A stretch of 64,000 bases of DNA from sequence record PZ179883.1, one strand, 5' to 3'. The stretch comes from a phage. Shown here piece after piece: positions 8,631 to 18,587 of the stretch (its first letter is position 1; every line of letters starts with the position of its first letter). The position numbers and the translations under genes are program-made. The notes beneath the pieces were generated by a model. The model did not search any database. It was not told the DNA's origin and saw nothing but the letters and a program-made list of their open reading frames with translations.

Positions 8631-8793
8631 ATAAATGTGAATACCAACTACTACCGCTGAAACCTGTGCAACCCACCACGCACAAGCAATAAGTACAGAA
8701 TTCAAAATTTTCATAATAACCTCATTACAAAAGTAAATGTTAAACAAATTAATGGAATACTAATTAACCAAACAAAACACCACCATAGTGAAC

Positions 8794-9057
8794 TCATAGT
8801 TCAATCTCAGCGATTTTCATTTCATTACTATTAATAGCCGCTTTAAGACTATCTGAAAGAATTACATTCCAGTGGTCATTCATATGACCATTAACTAAGC
8901 GTGTAATTTCTTCGGGAGTTGAAAAATAAGGCGTATCAGACTCCCAATGCGATAATCCTAAGCGAGTATAAATCATGCCTTCATCATCGCTAGAATATTC
9001 AACTGACACAAACTCATCAGTTATTTTATGTTTAGCGTAATAAAATTTAAATTTCAT
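8794..9057 (-). CDS. Hypothetical protein (87 aa)
   Basis: ORF-track ORF trimmed to the ATG at 9057 downstream of the promoter; starts MKFKFYYAKHK. Confidence 0.5.
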   Translation of the reverse strand: MKFKFYYAKHKITDEFVSVEYSSDDEGMIYTRLGLSHWESDTPYFSTPEEITRLVNGHMNDHWNVILSDSLKAAINSNEMKIAEIEL

Positions 9058-9087
9058 TTTACTCTCCAAATCCGTATCAGTTGATAG

Positions 9088-9140
9088 TTGTATAGTACCA
9101 CGGTCCTTGTGGTATGTAAACCGTTTTGTGAAAATTTTTA
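9088..9140 (-). promoter_or_regulatory. T4-type early promoter
   Basis: GTTTAC (rc 9116-9121) and TGGTACTAT (rc 9091-9101); leader near-identical to the copy at 37281-37350. Confidence 0.6.
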
Positions 9141-9695
9141 AATGGAAAGATACCATCCGTTGTAGTTGCTTTTTCTTACAACCTTACGAAGGTCTTCTCT
9201 GTCACCGATGAACTTCGGAGTGTACTGGATGACACCTGGATGAATTTCTTTAGTGTTGAATATAATTATACAGTCAGCGACTTGATGATTTAGAATGGGC
9301 CCTAGATTTATTCCAGAACCATATGGATACTCTCCGCTGCATCCTGTTGTCACCGAAATCCAACGTGAGTCAGTTTGATGTGTCTTAACTTCTACACGAA
9401 GCCCGCAGTATCTTGGATGCGCCAATACATCCCATGCATATGTGTACGGATCATCGACATCTTCTTGACCTTTGTTAACATACCCGCTCAGCCAATCTGC
9501 TACAAAAAACTCTGCGTACACAGCGATACGGCATCTTTCGATAACTTCTGCCTTATCCTGATTTGGGTTTTGTTTTAAAGAGTATCTTGCAGTATCAACA
9601 ATTTTGACCTTCATTTCACTAGTCAAGTCACTGTTCGATAGGGTAAATGTCGGAATCTGAAATAGTCTCTGTAACCCCGGATTCGTTTTCTGCAT
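9138..9695 (-). CDS. denB: DenB, endonuclease IV (185 aa)
   Basis: 185 aa ORF at the T4 denB position between rIIB and ndd; size matches; identity not verified. Confidence 0.7.
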   Translation of the reverse strand: MQKTNPGLQRLFQIPTFTLSNSDLTSEMKVKIVDTARYSLKQNPNQDKAEVIERCRIAVYAEFFVADWLSGYVNKGQEDVDDPYTYAWDVLAHPRYCGLRVEVKTHQTDSRWISVTTGCSGEYPYGSGINLGPILNHQVADCIIIFNTKEIHPGVIQYTPKFIGDREDLRKVVRKSNYNGWYLSI

Positions 9696-9756
9696 TTAAA
9701 CTTTCCTTTTATGTCTGAATCACTGGTATTCATATAATAAATCATAATTTCTCTTA

Positions 9757-9782
9757 AAACAAAAGGGCCGAAGCCCTTATTT
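9757..9782 (-). terminator. Tetraloop hairpin / probable terminator
   Basis: GGGC-CGAA-GCCC flanked by A-run and T-run (potentially bidirectional). Confidence 0.5.
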
Positions 9783-9976
9783 TATTTGAATTGTGCAATT
9801 CTTTTCTCTAGACATTCAGCATAAGATTTCATTGAGATAAACTGCGAAAGTAACAGTTCTTGCTCAACTGCATTAACTGTTAGAAACTTTGCGCTTTCTA
9901 AAAATTTGCTCAGTGCATTAATTTTGAGCATTAATTGATCGTATTCTTCTTTTACTCGTGCTTGATAACCTAACAT
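9782..9976 (-). CDS. Hypothetical protein (64 aa)
   Basis: ORF with SD GAGGAA between rIIB and denB. Confidence 0.5.
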   Translation of the reverse strand: MLGYQARVKEEYDQLMLKINALSKFLESAKFLTVNAVEQELLLSQFISMKSYAECLEKRIAQFK

Positions 9977-9992
9977 AATTTTCCTCAGTTAA

Positions 9993-10004
9993 GGGCCGAA
10001 GCCC
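9993..10004 (-). other. Intercistronic tetraloop hairpin GGGC-CGAA-GCCC
   Basis: Immediately 3' of the rIIB stop; no U-run, so likely an mRNA processing/stability element. Confidence 0.4.
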
Positions 10005-10943
10005 TTATTTAAATTGTTCAGTAACGTCTTCAACTACTTCGTATTGGCAGGTACGCATTTTAGCGTCGTTGTAATCAATCGGAATTGATACTACATCACG
10101 CGGATGCACTTTAACTTTTACAACTCGACTGGTTGAACTACCAAAGTGACGAATATAAGATTTAGAACACACATGCAGACCACGAGAACAAGTTTGTGTA
10201 TCATCGTCATTTACACGAGTACGTGGCATTTTAACTACTTTACCAGGACTGTTATCAAAAGTATTTGAATGACAGTCAAAGTAATTACTGCGAACTACTT
10301 TCCAAGCATAGAAGTAACCATCTTCTGTAATTTCAATATCGTTTGCTACCAAGAAATCAAAGAGTCGAGATACCGCTTTTTGGCTTGGGTTTTCCAACAG
10401 ATTTTCCAAGAACGGAAAATAGAATTCAAAGTTTTCGCCTTTTTCCATCGAGTCAAGAATACGATCAACCAAACCAGATCGCAATTCAATATTTTGATAG
10501 AACAAGCTTCCACCTTCAATTCGAACATCGCCGGAAATATATTTTTCAACAGCGCGACGAACATTAATTTTTTGTGCCGCTTCTTCCAACTTATCCGCTA
10601 CAAGCAGATTAAGAATTTCCTGGAAGTTTGAATGAGTATTAGGAGTTGCGTTATAAGTTACACCGTCAACAGTAATTGAAATGAATTTTTTAGATGCATT
10701 CCAAATAATGTCAGATTTAGCAACTGGAGCAATAACTACATCGCTATTAACTTTAACTGTAATATCACCGCTAATAGTAACTTTAGAGCGTTTAGCTTCT
10801 TCAGCATTTTTCAAAACACGACGGATTGTGTCAACCGATACACCTTGCCAATCAGCCAATTCCTGTTGGGTGTAATTACCACTTGAATACAGCTTAACAA
10901 TTTCAGCTTGTTCGTTTTTGGTCAGGCATTTAATATTGTACAT
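10005..10943 (-). CDS. rIIB: rIIB (312 aa)
   Basis: Translation MYNIKCLTKNEQAEIVKLYSSGNYTQQELADW... matches recalled T4 rIIB; 312 aa; directly downstream of rIIA. Confidence 0.95.
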   Translation of the reverse strand: MYNIKCLTKNEQAEIVKLYSSGNYTQQELADWQGVSVDTIRRVLKNAEEAKRSKVTISGDITVKVNSDVVIAPVAKSDIIWNASKKFISITVDGVTYNATPNTHSNFQEILNLLVADKLEEAAQKINVRRAVEKYISGDVRIEGGSLFYQNIELRSGLVDRILDSMEKGENFEFYFPFLENLLENPSQKAVSRLFDFLVANDIEITEDGYFYAWKVVRSNYFDCHSNTFDNSPGKVVKMPRTRVNDDDTQTCSRGLHVCSKSYIRHFGSSTSRVVKVKVHPRDVVSIPIDYNDAKMRTCQYEVVEDVTEQFK

Positions 10944-10954
10944 AATTTTCCTTA

Positions 10955-13132
10955 TTAGGCCGCAAGGGCCTTCATAGTTTTAGCGATTTGAGAAACTTCA
11001 TCATCACTTAAAGAGTTGCGATAACCGATGAAGTCGGAAACAATACGGAATTTCTTGGTAAACTCAGCAACCATTTTATCACTGTTTTTTGAAGCATTAT
11101 TTGATAATACATCAAAAAGATTAGTTACTGTCCAGATGTCATGACCGATGGTATCTTTTCCACCGTTGAAATATACACCCTGTAATGAACTAACCATATT
11201 AGCGAGTCGTGTATATTCTTCAGAAACTTCATCTACACTGAAGTACTTCATCATAAAATCTAGTTCAGGATACTTGATAATTTTATCAATATATCGTTTA
11301 GCTGAACTTGAATAACCTACATACTTATCATAATCTACATCATCAAAAGCATCTACATATAAATCACGCAGAGTTTCAAAAATACATTGGCACTGACCAA
11401 GTTCTTTTACCTTTTTCTGTAAAAGCGGACGAATAACATAAAATTCATTAATGCCAATAAGATTAGCTATACGAATCAAAATATTCGTAGATGGATGACA
11501 AAGCGATGTAGTACCATCCATAGAGAAAATATCAGAACGATGCATGTATGCTACATAACCAGTAATTTCATCTGCTTCTGATGTGAGCGTAAACAGTTCC
11601 TCTTTTTCCCAGCGCCCGTCTTTAATTTCAAACTTAAATGCAGTAGCAGTTTTAGGACGAGAAGCTGTACTTTTTACTGCCTTTGGAATATAACTTTTAA
11701 CTAAAGCCTCAATTTCTGACAAATAATGAATGTTAACTTCATCACTTTCAAACATCGCCATAATATCAGGGAGTAAATCAATTTGTGATTCTACTTCCGG
11801 ATTAATAAACAGAAGGCGTTCGTTGTGATGAATATTCAAAGTGTTATTAAATTCATTATCATCTAACGCACGTGCTAATCCACGGACAATATTAACACGA
11901 TTTTTAATATTATCAATAACGATATTAATTTTTGTTGTATTAATACCAAACAGACGATAACTTGATGCAACGGCTGAAGTTTCATGGCTTTGCTTAATGC
12001 GCTTCAGTCGAGGGTCAAGATTTACTTCATACACAACTCCTGCATTGCATAACTTACTATCAGGTTCAAACATACTCTGCATCTTCTTATATGACAGATT
12101 TTTAGTCGTGAATTTGACTGAATTGCTAATCATATAATCTCGAGCAGAATATCCCATCTTCATCAATTCACGGTATGTATGACGAGGAGATGTAGATTCT
12201 TTAAATCGTTTTACATCTTCATTAAATGCCTTCTCACTGAGCTCTTTAACACGCTCAATAATATTTTTACGAGTACGATCATCTAGTGAAAGAGCCTCGC
12301 GAGATGGAGCAATATCAAGTGAACCCATTGGAAACTTAATGTAATTCACTTCATTGCGAATGCTTAGCCAGTTACGGTCTCTAATAACACCATCGATAGG
12401 ATAAACAATACCGCCATAGATAGCATATAATCCACCACGATCAGGCCAGTATCTTTCTGGATTTACACCGTAATAGTCATCAAAATCCGGAAAATAATCA
12501 ATTTCGCGGTCAAGACCATTAATGATAGCCAAATCTTTGAATGGTCGCATGATATAAGAAACTTCATAAGCAAAGTTTCTAAAGTCTTTTTCTTCAACTG
12601 GAACTACGATTTCAATACCAGTTTTATCATCTGGACCCATTTCTTTTACGAATGTAGGTTTAATCTGTGGACCATCACCATCCATGTAAGCTACATAACC
12701 ACGAATTTCACCTTTATGATACGAAGTAATACTAAATGTATCAGTATAACTAAACGGAGATTTAGAACCTAAACCAAACCCGCCAATAAAGTCATTAGAT
12801 TCAGCCTTAGATGAACTGAAGTATGAATTATATAACCCAGGAGAATTATCATCACCCTGAATATCAAAATCACTCATACCCGGACCAAAATCTCGACAAA
12901 CAAATCGCGGATCTAATCGTCCTGGAACTTGTATGATAAATTTTTCAGGATTTCCATTAAGTGCATGGGCATCAATCATATTAGTAATTAATTCACGGAC
13001 TACTGCACGAATCTTGTTTGTATACAAATCAGATGACAGAATTTTAAATACTTTAGGAGATGCTGTGATGCTAAATGCTTTTGATTTAGAACCATTGCCA
13101 AGAATTGTTTCTTTTTCAGTGGTGATAATCAT
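10955..13132 (-). CDS. rIIA: rIIA (725 aa)
   Basis: 725 aa; N-terminal GHKL/Bergerat ATPase-like motifs ([15 protein letters not shown]); matches recalled T4 rIIA. Confidence 0.95.
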   Translation of the reverse strand: MIITTEKETILGNGSKSKAFSITASPKVFKILSSDLYTNKIRAVVRELITNMIDAHALNGNPEKFIIQVPGRLDPRFVCRDFGPGMSDFDIQGDDNSPGLYNSYFSSSKAESNDFIGGFGLGSKSPFSYTDTFSITSYHKGEIRGYVAYMDGDGPQIKPTFVKEMGPDDKTGIEIVVPVEEKDFRNFAYEVSYIMRPFKDLAIINGLDREIDYFPDFDDYYGVNPERYWPDRGGLYAIYGGIVYPIDGVIRDRNWLSIRNEVNYIKFPMGSLDIAPSREALSLDDRTRKNIIERVKELSEKAFNEDVKRFKESTSPRHTYRELMKMGYSARDYMISNSVKFTTKNLSYKKMQSMFEPDSKLCNAGVVYEVNLDPRLKRIKQSHETSAVASSYRLFGINTTKINIVIDNIKNRVNIVRGLARALDDNEFNNTLNIHHNERLLFINPEVESQIDLLPDIMAMFESDEVNIHYLSEIEALVKSYIPKAVKSTASRPKTATAFKFEIKDGRWEKEELFTLTSEADEITGYVAYMHRSDIFSMDGTTSLCHPSTNILIRIANLIGINEFYVIRPLLQKKVKELGQCQCIFETLRDLYVDAFDDVDYDKYVGYSSSAKRYIDKIIKYPELDFMMKYFSVDEVSEEYTRLANMVSSLQGVYFNGGKDTIGHDIWTVTNLFDVLSNNASKNSDKMVAEFTKKFRIVSDFIGYRNSLSDDEVSQIAKTMKALAA
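10959..10973 (-). other. Hairpin AGGCC-GCAAG-GGCCT inside the last codons of rIIA
   Basis: Palindrome encoding the rIIA C-terminus KALAA, 12 nt upstream of the rIIB ATG. Confidence 0.35.
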
Positions 13133-13142
13133 AATTTCCTCA

Positions 13143-13346
13143 TTAATTCATATTACGCTTAATAACTTCAGCAACTTCTAGTAATTCATCTTTAGTTGCA
13201 GTGTCGGATTGAATTTTATCTCTAATATCTTTAAAGCGGTTTTTAAATTCTTCGGCTTCTCCCATATCGAAAAAGCGTTGAATGATTCTATATTCTCGAT
13301 GAACTGCTTTATCAAAAAGTTCTAAATTTACTTTATATGATTTCAT
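13143..13346 (-). CDS. Hypothetical protein (67 aa), rIIA.1 position
   Basis: Small ORF between 39 and rIIA. Confidence 0.6.
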   Translation of the reverse strand: MKSYKVNLELFDKAVHREYRIIQRFFDMGEAEEFKNRFKDIRDKIQSDTATKDELLEVAEVIKRNMN

Positions 13347-13400
13347 TTCAATATCCTCATTTGCCCAATTAATTATACCACATCCTTGTGGTAAAGTAAA

Positions 13401-15218
13401 CTACTGGCTCATCCATTCTTTACGAAGGTCAGCATTATCTCCCATGAGCATTTCAAAAAGCTCTTTCCAGTTCTCAGGAAGTTTAACAACATCATATACT
13501 GGATTTTGAATCATCTCACGATATTCAGATTTTTCCAAAGAGCCAAGTCCTTTAATATAACGGATGCTATGTTTAGGTAGAGCATCTTTAGCACTCTCAT
13601 ATTCAGCGACTGTATAAAACCATTCTTGTTTTTTACCAATCTGTGCGATGATTACAGGAGTTTTGACAAAGCGAATTCGTCCTTGCTCAAACAGTTCTGG
13701 CCAATTACTAAAAAATCCAAGCAGAGAAGGATAAATGCTTCCTAGACCATCATGGTCAGCATCAGTCATAATAGCAATATTATGATAATTCAAGTTTTCA
13801 GCTTTTTCACCGAGAACTAATCCAGTGATTGCGCAAATATCAAACAGTTCTTTGTTTTTAAGCATGTCAGCATATGACATACCCCAACTGTTGAGAACTT
13901 TACCACGTAATGGATAACCACCATGAAGTTCTTTATCACGAACATCAATAAGATATCCGATAGCAGAATCACCCTCAGTCAAGAAAAGAGTAGTGTCAGC
14001 ATCTTTACCGCAAAGATTCGCTTTAATATGTTTATGAACCTTAGCTTTAGAAGCCTTTTTAGCTGCTTTAGTTTCTGCTGCTTTTTCTGCCGCTAATTTA
14101 CGAGCCAAAGCAGCTTCAATAATTGGCATTAAAATTGCTTCATTATTTAGAATAGCACGTGAAATCTTTTTAGCATCAAGTTGAATATGACTACGGATTT
14201 CACCAAATGGAGAAGTCAAACGCTCTTTAGTTTGAGAATCAAATCGCATGTTTTTCATATCACGGACAAACATAACGATAGTCAAACATTCTTTAACGCG
14301 TGCTTTAGTCACATCAATTTTGAACTTACGTTTGATTTGTGGAATAAGGTCTTCACAAATATCATCCATAACACAGTCAATGTGATGGCCACCATTCTTA
14401 GTGTGAATGTTATTCACATAAGTTAATTGACGAAAACCATCCGGTGAACGACCAACCGCAATAGAGCAATTTTCTTGTTCTTGAACGATAGCATGCTCAT
14501 CATATTGGCGTGCATATTTCTTAAAATTGCCCTGAACCTTTTTACCATTAAAGGTAAATTGAATATCAGGATAAACTACTGCAAGTGTCTGGAGACGATC
14601 TAGTGTAATGTCAAGATAAACTTGGGACAGCTCATTAGTTTCAAATGACATAAAATCAGGAATGAAAGTAACACGAGTTCCTTTCCATTTTCCTGGAATA
14701 GTTTCCCATGATTTATTTTCCATGCCATTTGAACAACGAACTACAATATTATTTTGACCATCACCAGTTTCACCGACAAACATCACAGAAAAAATGTTTG
14801 TCAAACTAGAACCAACACCATTCATACCGCCAGTGACGCGTTCTTTATCATCACCAAAGTTACCGCCTGCTTTTGGAATAGTCCAGGCAGCAACAGGACC
14901 AGGAATTTCTTCACCAGTAGGTGTTTTAACCATCGCCTGTGGAATACCGCGACCGTTATCTTCAACTGTTACTTGATTGTTTTTAATAGTAACATTAATT
15001 TTATTTGCGAATTTAAACTTAGTACGAATACCTTCATCTACTGAGTTATCGATAATTTCATCAATAAGCTTAACAAGACCAGGTACATACTGAACACTTT
15101 CCCATTTACCAAACAGAAAGCGCTCATGCATTTCATTAGCGGAAGAGCCAATGTACATGCCGCTACGCTTTTTGATATGTTCAATATCGCTCAGAATTTT
15201 AATTTCATTCTTAATCAT
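13401..15218 (-). CDS. 39: DNA topoisomerase II large subunit gp39, uninterrupted (605 aa)
   Basis: Translation MIKNEIKILSDIEHIKKRSGMYIGS... with GyrB-like ATPase and toprim regions; start set to the ATG at 15218 (ORF track begins at GTG 15221). Confidence 0.95.
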   Translation of the reverse strand: MIKNEIKILSDIEHIKKRSGMYIGSSANEMHERFLFGKWESVQYVPGLVKLIDEIIDNSVDEGIRTKFKFANKINVTIKNNQVTVEDNGRGIPQAMVKTPTGEEIPGPVAAWTIPKAGGNFGDDKERVTGGMNGVGSSLTNIFSVMFVGETGDGQNNIVVRCSNGMENKSWETIPGKWKGTRVTFIPDFMSFETNELSQVYLDITLDRLQTLAVVYPDIQFTFNGKKVQGNFKKYARQYDEHAIVQEQENCSIAVGRSPDGFRQLTYVNNIHTKNGGHHIDCVMDDICEDLIPQIKRKFKIDVTKARVKECLTIVMFVRDMKNMRFDSQTKERLTSPFGEIRSHIQLDAKKISRAILNNEAILMPIIEAALARKLAAEKAAETKAAKKASKAKVHKHIKANLCGKDADTTLFLTEGDSAIGYLIDVRDKELHGGYPLRGKVLNSWGMSYADMLKNKELFDICAITGLVLGEKAENLNYHNIAIMTDADHDGLGSIYPSLLGFFSNWPELFEQGRIRFVKTPVIIAQIGKKQEWFYTVAEYESAKDALPKHSIRYIKGLGSLEKSEYREMIQNPVYDVVKLPENWKELFEMLMGDNADLRKEWMSQ

Positions 15219-15270
15219 CACTTATCCTCGTTTGGTTTCGGGAATATTATACTCCGGTAATCATAAAGCT

Positions 15271-15288
15271 AAAGGCCCGAAGGCCTTT
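15271..15288 (-). other. Tetraloop hairpin AAAGGCC-CGAA-GGCCTTT
   Basis: Perfect 7-bp stem with CGAA loop between the lipoprotein ORF and gene 39. Confidence 0.4.
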
Positions 15289-15557
15289 TATTTAAAACGA
15301 ATAGTTGAATCCTTAAAGAACAGCCCAGAACATACTGTTCCTTCTACTTTCTGCCCAGTAGGTCCAATAGCACGAAATCCAGTATGTTGGAAATCATTTT
15401 CAGAACAACCGAACCAGTTATATCCAGTGATTTCAATATTAGTAAAACCGCTTGAAGACAAAACTTTGGTTGCATTATCAGCATCAGTACATCCTACTAA
15501 AGACACTGCTAATACTAATGCCGCGATAGAACGATTAATATATTTCATAATTTTCAC
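15288..15557 (-). CDS. Putative lipoprotein (89 aa)
   Basis: Signal peptide with lipobox LVGC (…AALVLAVSLVGCTD). Confidence 0.55.
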   Translation of the reverse strand: MKIMKYINRSIAALVLAVSLVGCTDADNATKVLSSSGFTNIEITGYNWFGCSENDFQHTGFRAIGPTGQKVEGTVCSGLFFKDSTIRFK

Positions 15558-15925
15558 TTAAATTTAATGGCTTGAAGAAGACTAATAATTCTCAAGCGAC
15601 TTCCTTCATCTTTAACTGTAAAAGAAAGAGGGTCACCAGATTTCATAGTGATAGTGCATTCAAAAGCAAAACCTTCGGGAACTTCTTCGAAGAAGTCAAA
15701 TTCTTCATCATAAATTAGAACATTACTCTGAAAACTGTGAAGAATTTTTCCGTCATTTCCAGATGCTGTACTAATCATTGTAACATTATTACCTTTCATA
15801 TCTTCAACGATAAATTCGCTTGTAGATATTACAGCATTAATAGAACCATTCCTATAAATAGCAGAAAATAGATATTTCTTTTCTTCACCTTCGCGAATGC
15901 GATATTTCTTACCGATTTTAAACAT
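15554..15925 (-). CDS. Hypothetical protein (123 aa)
   Basis: ORF in 39-motB interval. Confidence 0.55.
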   Translation of the reverse strand: MFKIGKKYRIREGEEKKYLFSAIYRNGSINAVISTSEFIVEDMKGNNVTMISTASGNDGKILHSFQSNVLIYDEEFDFFEEVPEGFAFECTITMKSGDPLSFTVKDEGSRLRIISLLQAIKFK

Positions 15926-15927
15926 AA

Positions 15928-16104
15928 TTACCCTTTAAGTAAGTCGTAAAATCCGCCATTCACATGCTTAGGGGCAGAGACTAACCGAATAGCAATCCGA
16001 TGACAATCAGGACATACATCAGTATCTCTTTCAGAAATTTTCTTGATTTTTTCGTATTCTTTTGCGCAGTCTTTTGATTGACATTTATAATCATAAAGCG
16101 GCAT
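15928..16104 (-). CDS. Small zinc-ribbon protein (58 aa), not in ORF track
   Basis: Manual translation MPLYDYKCQSKDCAKEYEKIKKISERDTDVCPDCHRIAIRLVSAPK...; CxxC-x17-CxxC. Confidence 0.4.
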   Translation of the reverse strand: MPLYDYKCQSKDCAKEYEKIKKISERDTDVCPDCHRIAIRLVSAPKHVNGGFYDLLKG

Positions 16105-16106
16105 AA

Positions 16107-16520
16107 TTATTCCTTAAAGTGAGCTTTCAACATCTGATACAAGGACCATGCCTGTTCATCATTTTCAATAGTAACTTTCATTACAGGGAATTTAGATTGA
16201 TCAGTTATCGGTGCAGATTCTTCCTGCTCTTCAGCTGCCTGGTATGGATTTTCAACTTCATTAAAGAATTCAGCTTCATTCGATGAAAGCCAAATAAAAT
16301 CTTCATCCAAAATATCTTTACCAGAAGATAGTACTAAATTTCCAGCAAATGACATAATTTTAATAGGACGCCCAAGAGCATCCACATCTAAAATTTTAAA
16401 AGGATGCATACCTAAACGGCGTGCATAGATTCCGTTATCAGTATGGTCTTTAATAAAATTTTCTTGAGCTTGTTTATTTTTAAATTGATACCATTTATTA
16501 ACTTCAAATTTAATAGCCAT
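16107..16520 (-). CDS. Hypothetical protein (137 aa), goF position
   Basis: Position and size roughly match T4 goF; identity not verified. Confidence 0.5.
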   Translation of the reverse strand: MAIKFEVNKWYQFKNKQAQENFIKDHTDNGIYARRLGMHPFKILDVDALGRPIKIMSFAGNLVLSSGKDILDEDFIWLSSNEAEFFNEVENPYQAAEEQEESAPITDQSKFPVMKVTIENDEQAWSLYQMLKAHFKE

Positions 16521-16735
16521 TAATAAATTTCCTTCCAGTAAGTTGTACCATCTTCAGTGATTTCACGAAATACACCGTAAATTGGTTGTTTATCCCCAAC
16601 CTTTTCATACACATAAACCGAAGTCAAGTGAGTAAACTTAGCAGTGTGTTCCTTTTGAACTACTACCAAATCTGGATCGAATAACACATCTTCAAATTCG
16701 TCATTAGTGCAGTTCTGAACAATTTTACGTTTCAT
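16520..16735 (-). CDS. Hypothetical protein (71 aa), cef position
   Basis: Size equals T4 Cef (71 aa); identity not verified. Confidence 0.5.
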   Translation of the reverse strand: MKRKIVQNCTNDEFEDVLFDPDLVVVQKEHTAKFTHLTSVYVYEKVGDKQPIYGVFREITEDGTTYWKEIY

Positions 16736-16849
16736 TACAATTTCCTCGTTAATTGAACATTGGAGCGATGCGTTTCAGAAGAGTAGCAGCACCTTTGGCA
16801 AATTTTCCATTTTATTCTCCAAATTATTTTCTATATCAGTAGTTGATAT

Positions 16850-16905
16850 TGATATAGTACCATAATCAACTACTGATGTATATAGTTTTATGAAAAAATT
16901 TTAAA
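16850..16905 (-). promoter_or_regulatory. Early-promoter-like element with variant -35
   Basis: TGGTACTATATC -10 region with conserved leader, but -35 reads ATATAC rather than GTTTAC. Confidence 0.4.
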
Positions 16906-16907
16906 CT

Positions 16908-17399
16908 TTATGCATAGCGAGCTTTGCTGTAGTGTTTAATCCAACTTTCAGGAATGACTTTGTATGTTCCTAAAAATACCGCGTTGTATAACTTAACGCC
17001 ATCTTCTACCCATTGATCAGTAATGTATGCACACATAGCGCGAGTACGCCGAGGAAGTGGTTGTCCACCTTCGATAAATTCAAACTCATAAGGAGCAATG
17101 AACTTGATAGCTCGACCGAGTTTCCACTTAAAGTCTACACCTACATGCGAAGTATCAATCGTTTCAATTCCTTTAGCGGGAACAGCTTTCAAAAACGCAG
17201 ATTCAAGAAATTTCGCGCGAACATAACCAAACTGAGGTTTAGACTTTCCATCTTTAGGAATGATACGCACTTTTACTTCAGAATCTTCATCTTTAACGCC
17301 GTGTTTAAGCTGAATGCTTACAATTTCGACCAATTTTCCTGCTGCTTTAGAACGGGATTTATCAGATACACGAGCAATTTCACCAATATTAATAATCAT
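16908..17399 (-). CDS. motB: MotB (163 aa)
   Basis: 163 aa at the T4 motB position; shares the motif TDQW(V/I)EDGV with the next ORF. Confidence 0.65.
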   Translation of the reverse strand: MIINIGEIARVSDKSRSKAAGKLVEIVSIQLKHGVKDEDSEVKVRIIPKDGKSKPQFGYVRAKFLESAFLKAVPAKGIETIDTSHVGVDFKWKLGRAIKFIAPYEFEFIEGGQPLPRRTRAMCAYITDQWVEDGVKLYNAVFLGTYKVIPESWIKHYSKARYA

Positions 17400-17442
17400 A
17401 GTTATCTCTCACTTGTTAAAAAGATTTTATACTCCACAGGAC

Positions 17443-17475
17443 CATTATACTCTGGTCCCAAGAGTTTGTAAACTA
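17443..17475 (-). promoter_or_regulatory. T4-type early promoter upstream of motB
   Basis: GTTTAC (rc 17468-17473) and a perfect TATAAT (rc of 17445-17450). Confidence 0.6.
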
Positions 17476-18021
17476 TTAATTCAAAATAGCTACCACCGCA
17501 CTACGAGGTACTACACTAAAATCTCCTGCATGGACAACGTTCAGAAGCTCAACACCATCTTCAATCCACTGGTCTGTTACCCAACCACAGATAGGATTAT
17601 CAAAAGGACGACGGATAGACACAGCAGCACACAACAGGTCTGTAGGGTCTTGTTCTTCAACTTCTTGGAACAGGATGAACTCATCTTCATAAACCAGGTT
17701 TTTCTTTATTTTGTTATTATCTAACCGGCGACCGTGGATGACGTAAGATTTGTCAAACCACTCACTTTTGGCAAATTCTTCAACAATAAATTCGCCTTCG
17801 CCAAAAACATCAGTCAGAGTTTTATGACCAGAAATCAAGGCATTAGTTTTAATTTTAGGTTCAACCAGTTTGTAGGTTTTGCCGATTTCAATAGCGGTAG
17901 TCATAGTAGGTTCCTTAATTTCCAGTGGTTTAACAGGGCATACATAAGTGCTTACAACATCAAAATCAATCAGTTTAGCTACCGGATTTGGTGTGTATTC
18001 AGGATTATAATTAAATTTCAT
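17476..18021 (-). CDS. Hypothetical protein (181 aa), paralogue of the MotB C-terminal domain
   Basis: Motif CGWVTDQWIEDGVELLNVVH parallels MotB CAYITDQWVEDGVKLYNAVF. Confidence 0.6.
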   Translation of the reverse strand: MKFNYNPEYTPNPVAKLIDFDVVSTYVCPVKPLEIKEPTMTTAIEIGKTYKLVEPKIKTNALISGHKTLTDVFGEGEFIVEEFAKSEWFDKSYVIHGRRLDNNKIKKNLVYEDEFILFQEVEEQDPTDLLCAAVSIRRPFDNPICGWVTDQWIEDGVELLNVVHAGDFSVVPRSAVVAILN

Positions 18022-18023
18022 AA

Positions 18024-18524
18024 TTATCTCATTTCAATAAAATCTACGAGTTCAGCATGGGATTTACGGAACATTACTTGGTGCCCGCCAATGATAACTT
18101 CATCTTCAGGAACTTCGTATACAGCGAGATAAAATCCTTTAGAAGATAATTCTTCCCGCTCTTCTCGTGTGAACCATCTCATCATATCATATTCACTAGC
18201 GAAAGCAAAATGATAAAGAGCTATAAACCATCCTGGAATATGATATTCTACTCCAACATAATCTTTCTTGAACTTAGTATTAATTACTATATTAGCGTTT
18301 TTAACTAATAGTTTATCTTCGTGTGGTAAAGGAATTCTTTTATTATTATCGCTATGATGCATAAAATTAGGTCTGTCATAACCTACGTGTAATAACCACT
18401 CTTCGCTCCATGAATCTATTATACTCCTGTACGGCGTTATTTGAACACAAAGATTTCGACGTATTGTTATAGCATCTTCATAATTAAGAATACTAAAAGA
18501 TGATTCAACACGATAAATTTTCAT
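18024..18524 (-). CDS. Hypothetical protein (166 aa)
   Basis: ORF-track start at 18563 falls in the promoter -10; ATG at 18524 has SD GAGGATAA. Confidence 0.55.
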   Translation of the reverse strand: MKIYRVESSFSILNYEDAITIRRNLCVQITPYRSIIDSWSEEWLLHVGYDRPNFMHHSDNNKRIPLPHEDKLLVKNANIVINTKFKKDYVGVEYHIPGWFIALYHFAFASEYDMMRWFTREEREELSSKGFYLAVYEVPEDEVIIGGHQVMFRKSHAELVDFIEMR

Positions 18525-18547
18525 TTTATTATCCTCAGTAGCTATGG

Positions 18548-18585
18548 TGTTATAATACCACAACTAACCGAGGAAGTAAACAACT
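18548..18585 (-). promoter_or_regulatory. T4-type early promoter
   Basis: GTTTAC (rc 18576-18581) and TGGTATTAT (rc 18550-18560). Confidence 0.5.
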
Positions 18586-18587
18586 TT

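Noticed and set aside
8437-9156. Long N-terminal extensions of ORFs 8437..8685 and 8794..9156 (also 37038..37463, 63660..63878, 18024..18563, 7382..7888) with a shared FFRGTIQLSTDTDLE-KMK peptide
   Set aside because: The shared peptide is the translation of the conserved early-promoter/leader DNA; the real starts are the downstream ATGs with SD sequences, so this is not a protein family
10269-13181. Plus-strand ORFs inside rIIB and rIIA (10269..10631, 10343..10567, 10681..10875, 12933..13181)
   Set aside because: All are antisense to rIIA/rIIB, which are strongly supported; no ribosome-binding sites
13143-15221. Gene 60 translational-bypass element and mobA insertion in topoisomerase gene 39
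   Set aside because: Looked for because T4 has them; here the reading frame is continuous over 605 codons with no internal stop or hairpin-stop take-off site
14181-15561. Plus-strand ORFs inside gene 39 and the lipoprotein gene (14181..14426, 14754..15044, 14794..14976, 15151..15561)
   Set aside because: Antisense to gene 39 and neighbours; no independent support
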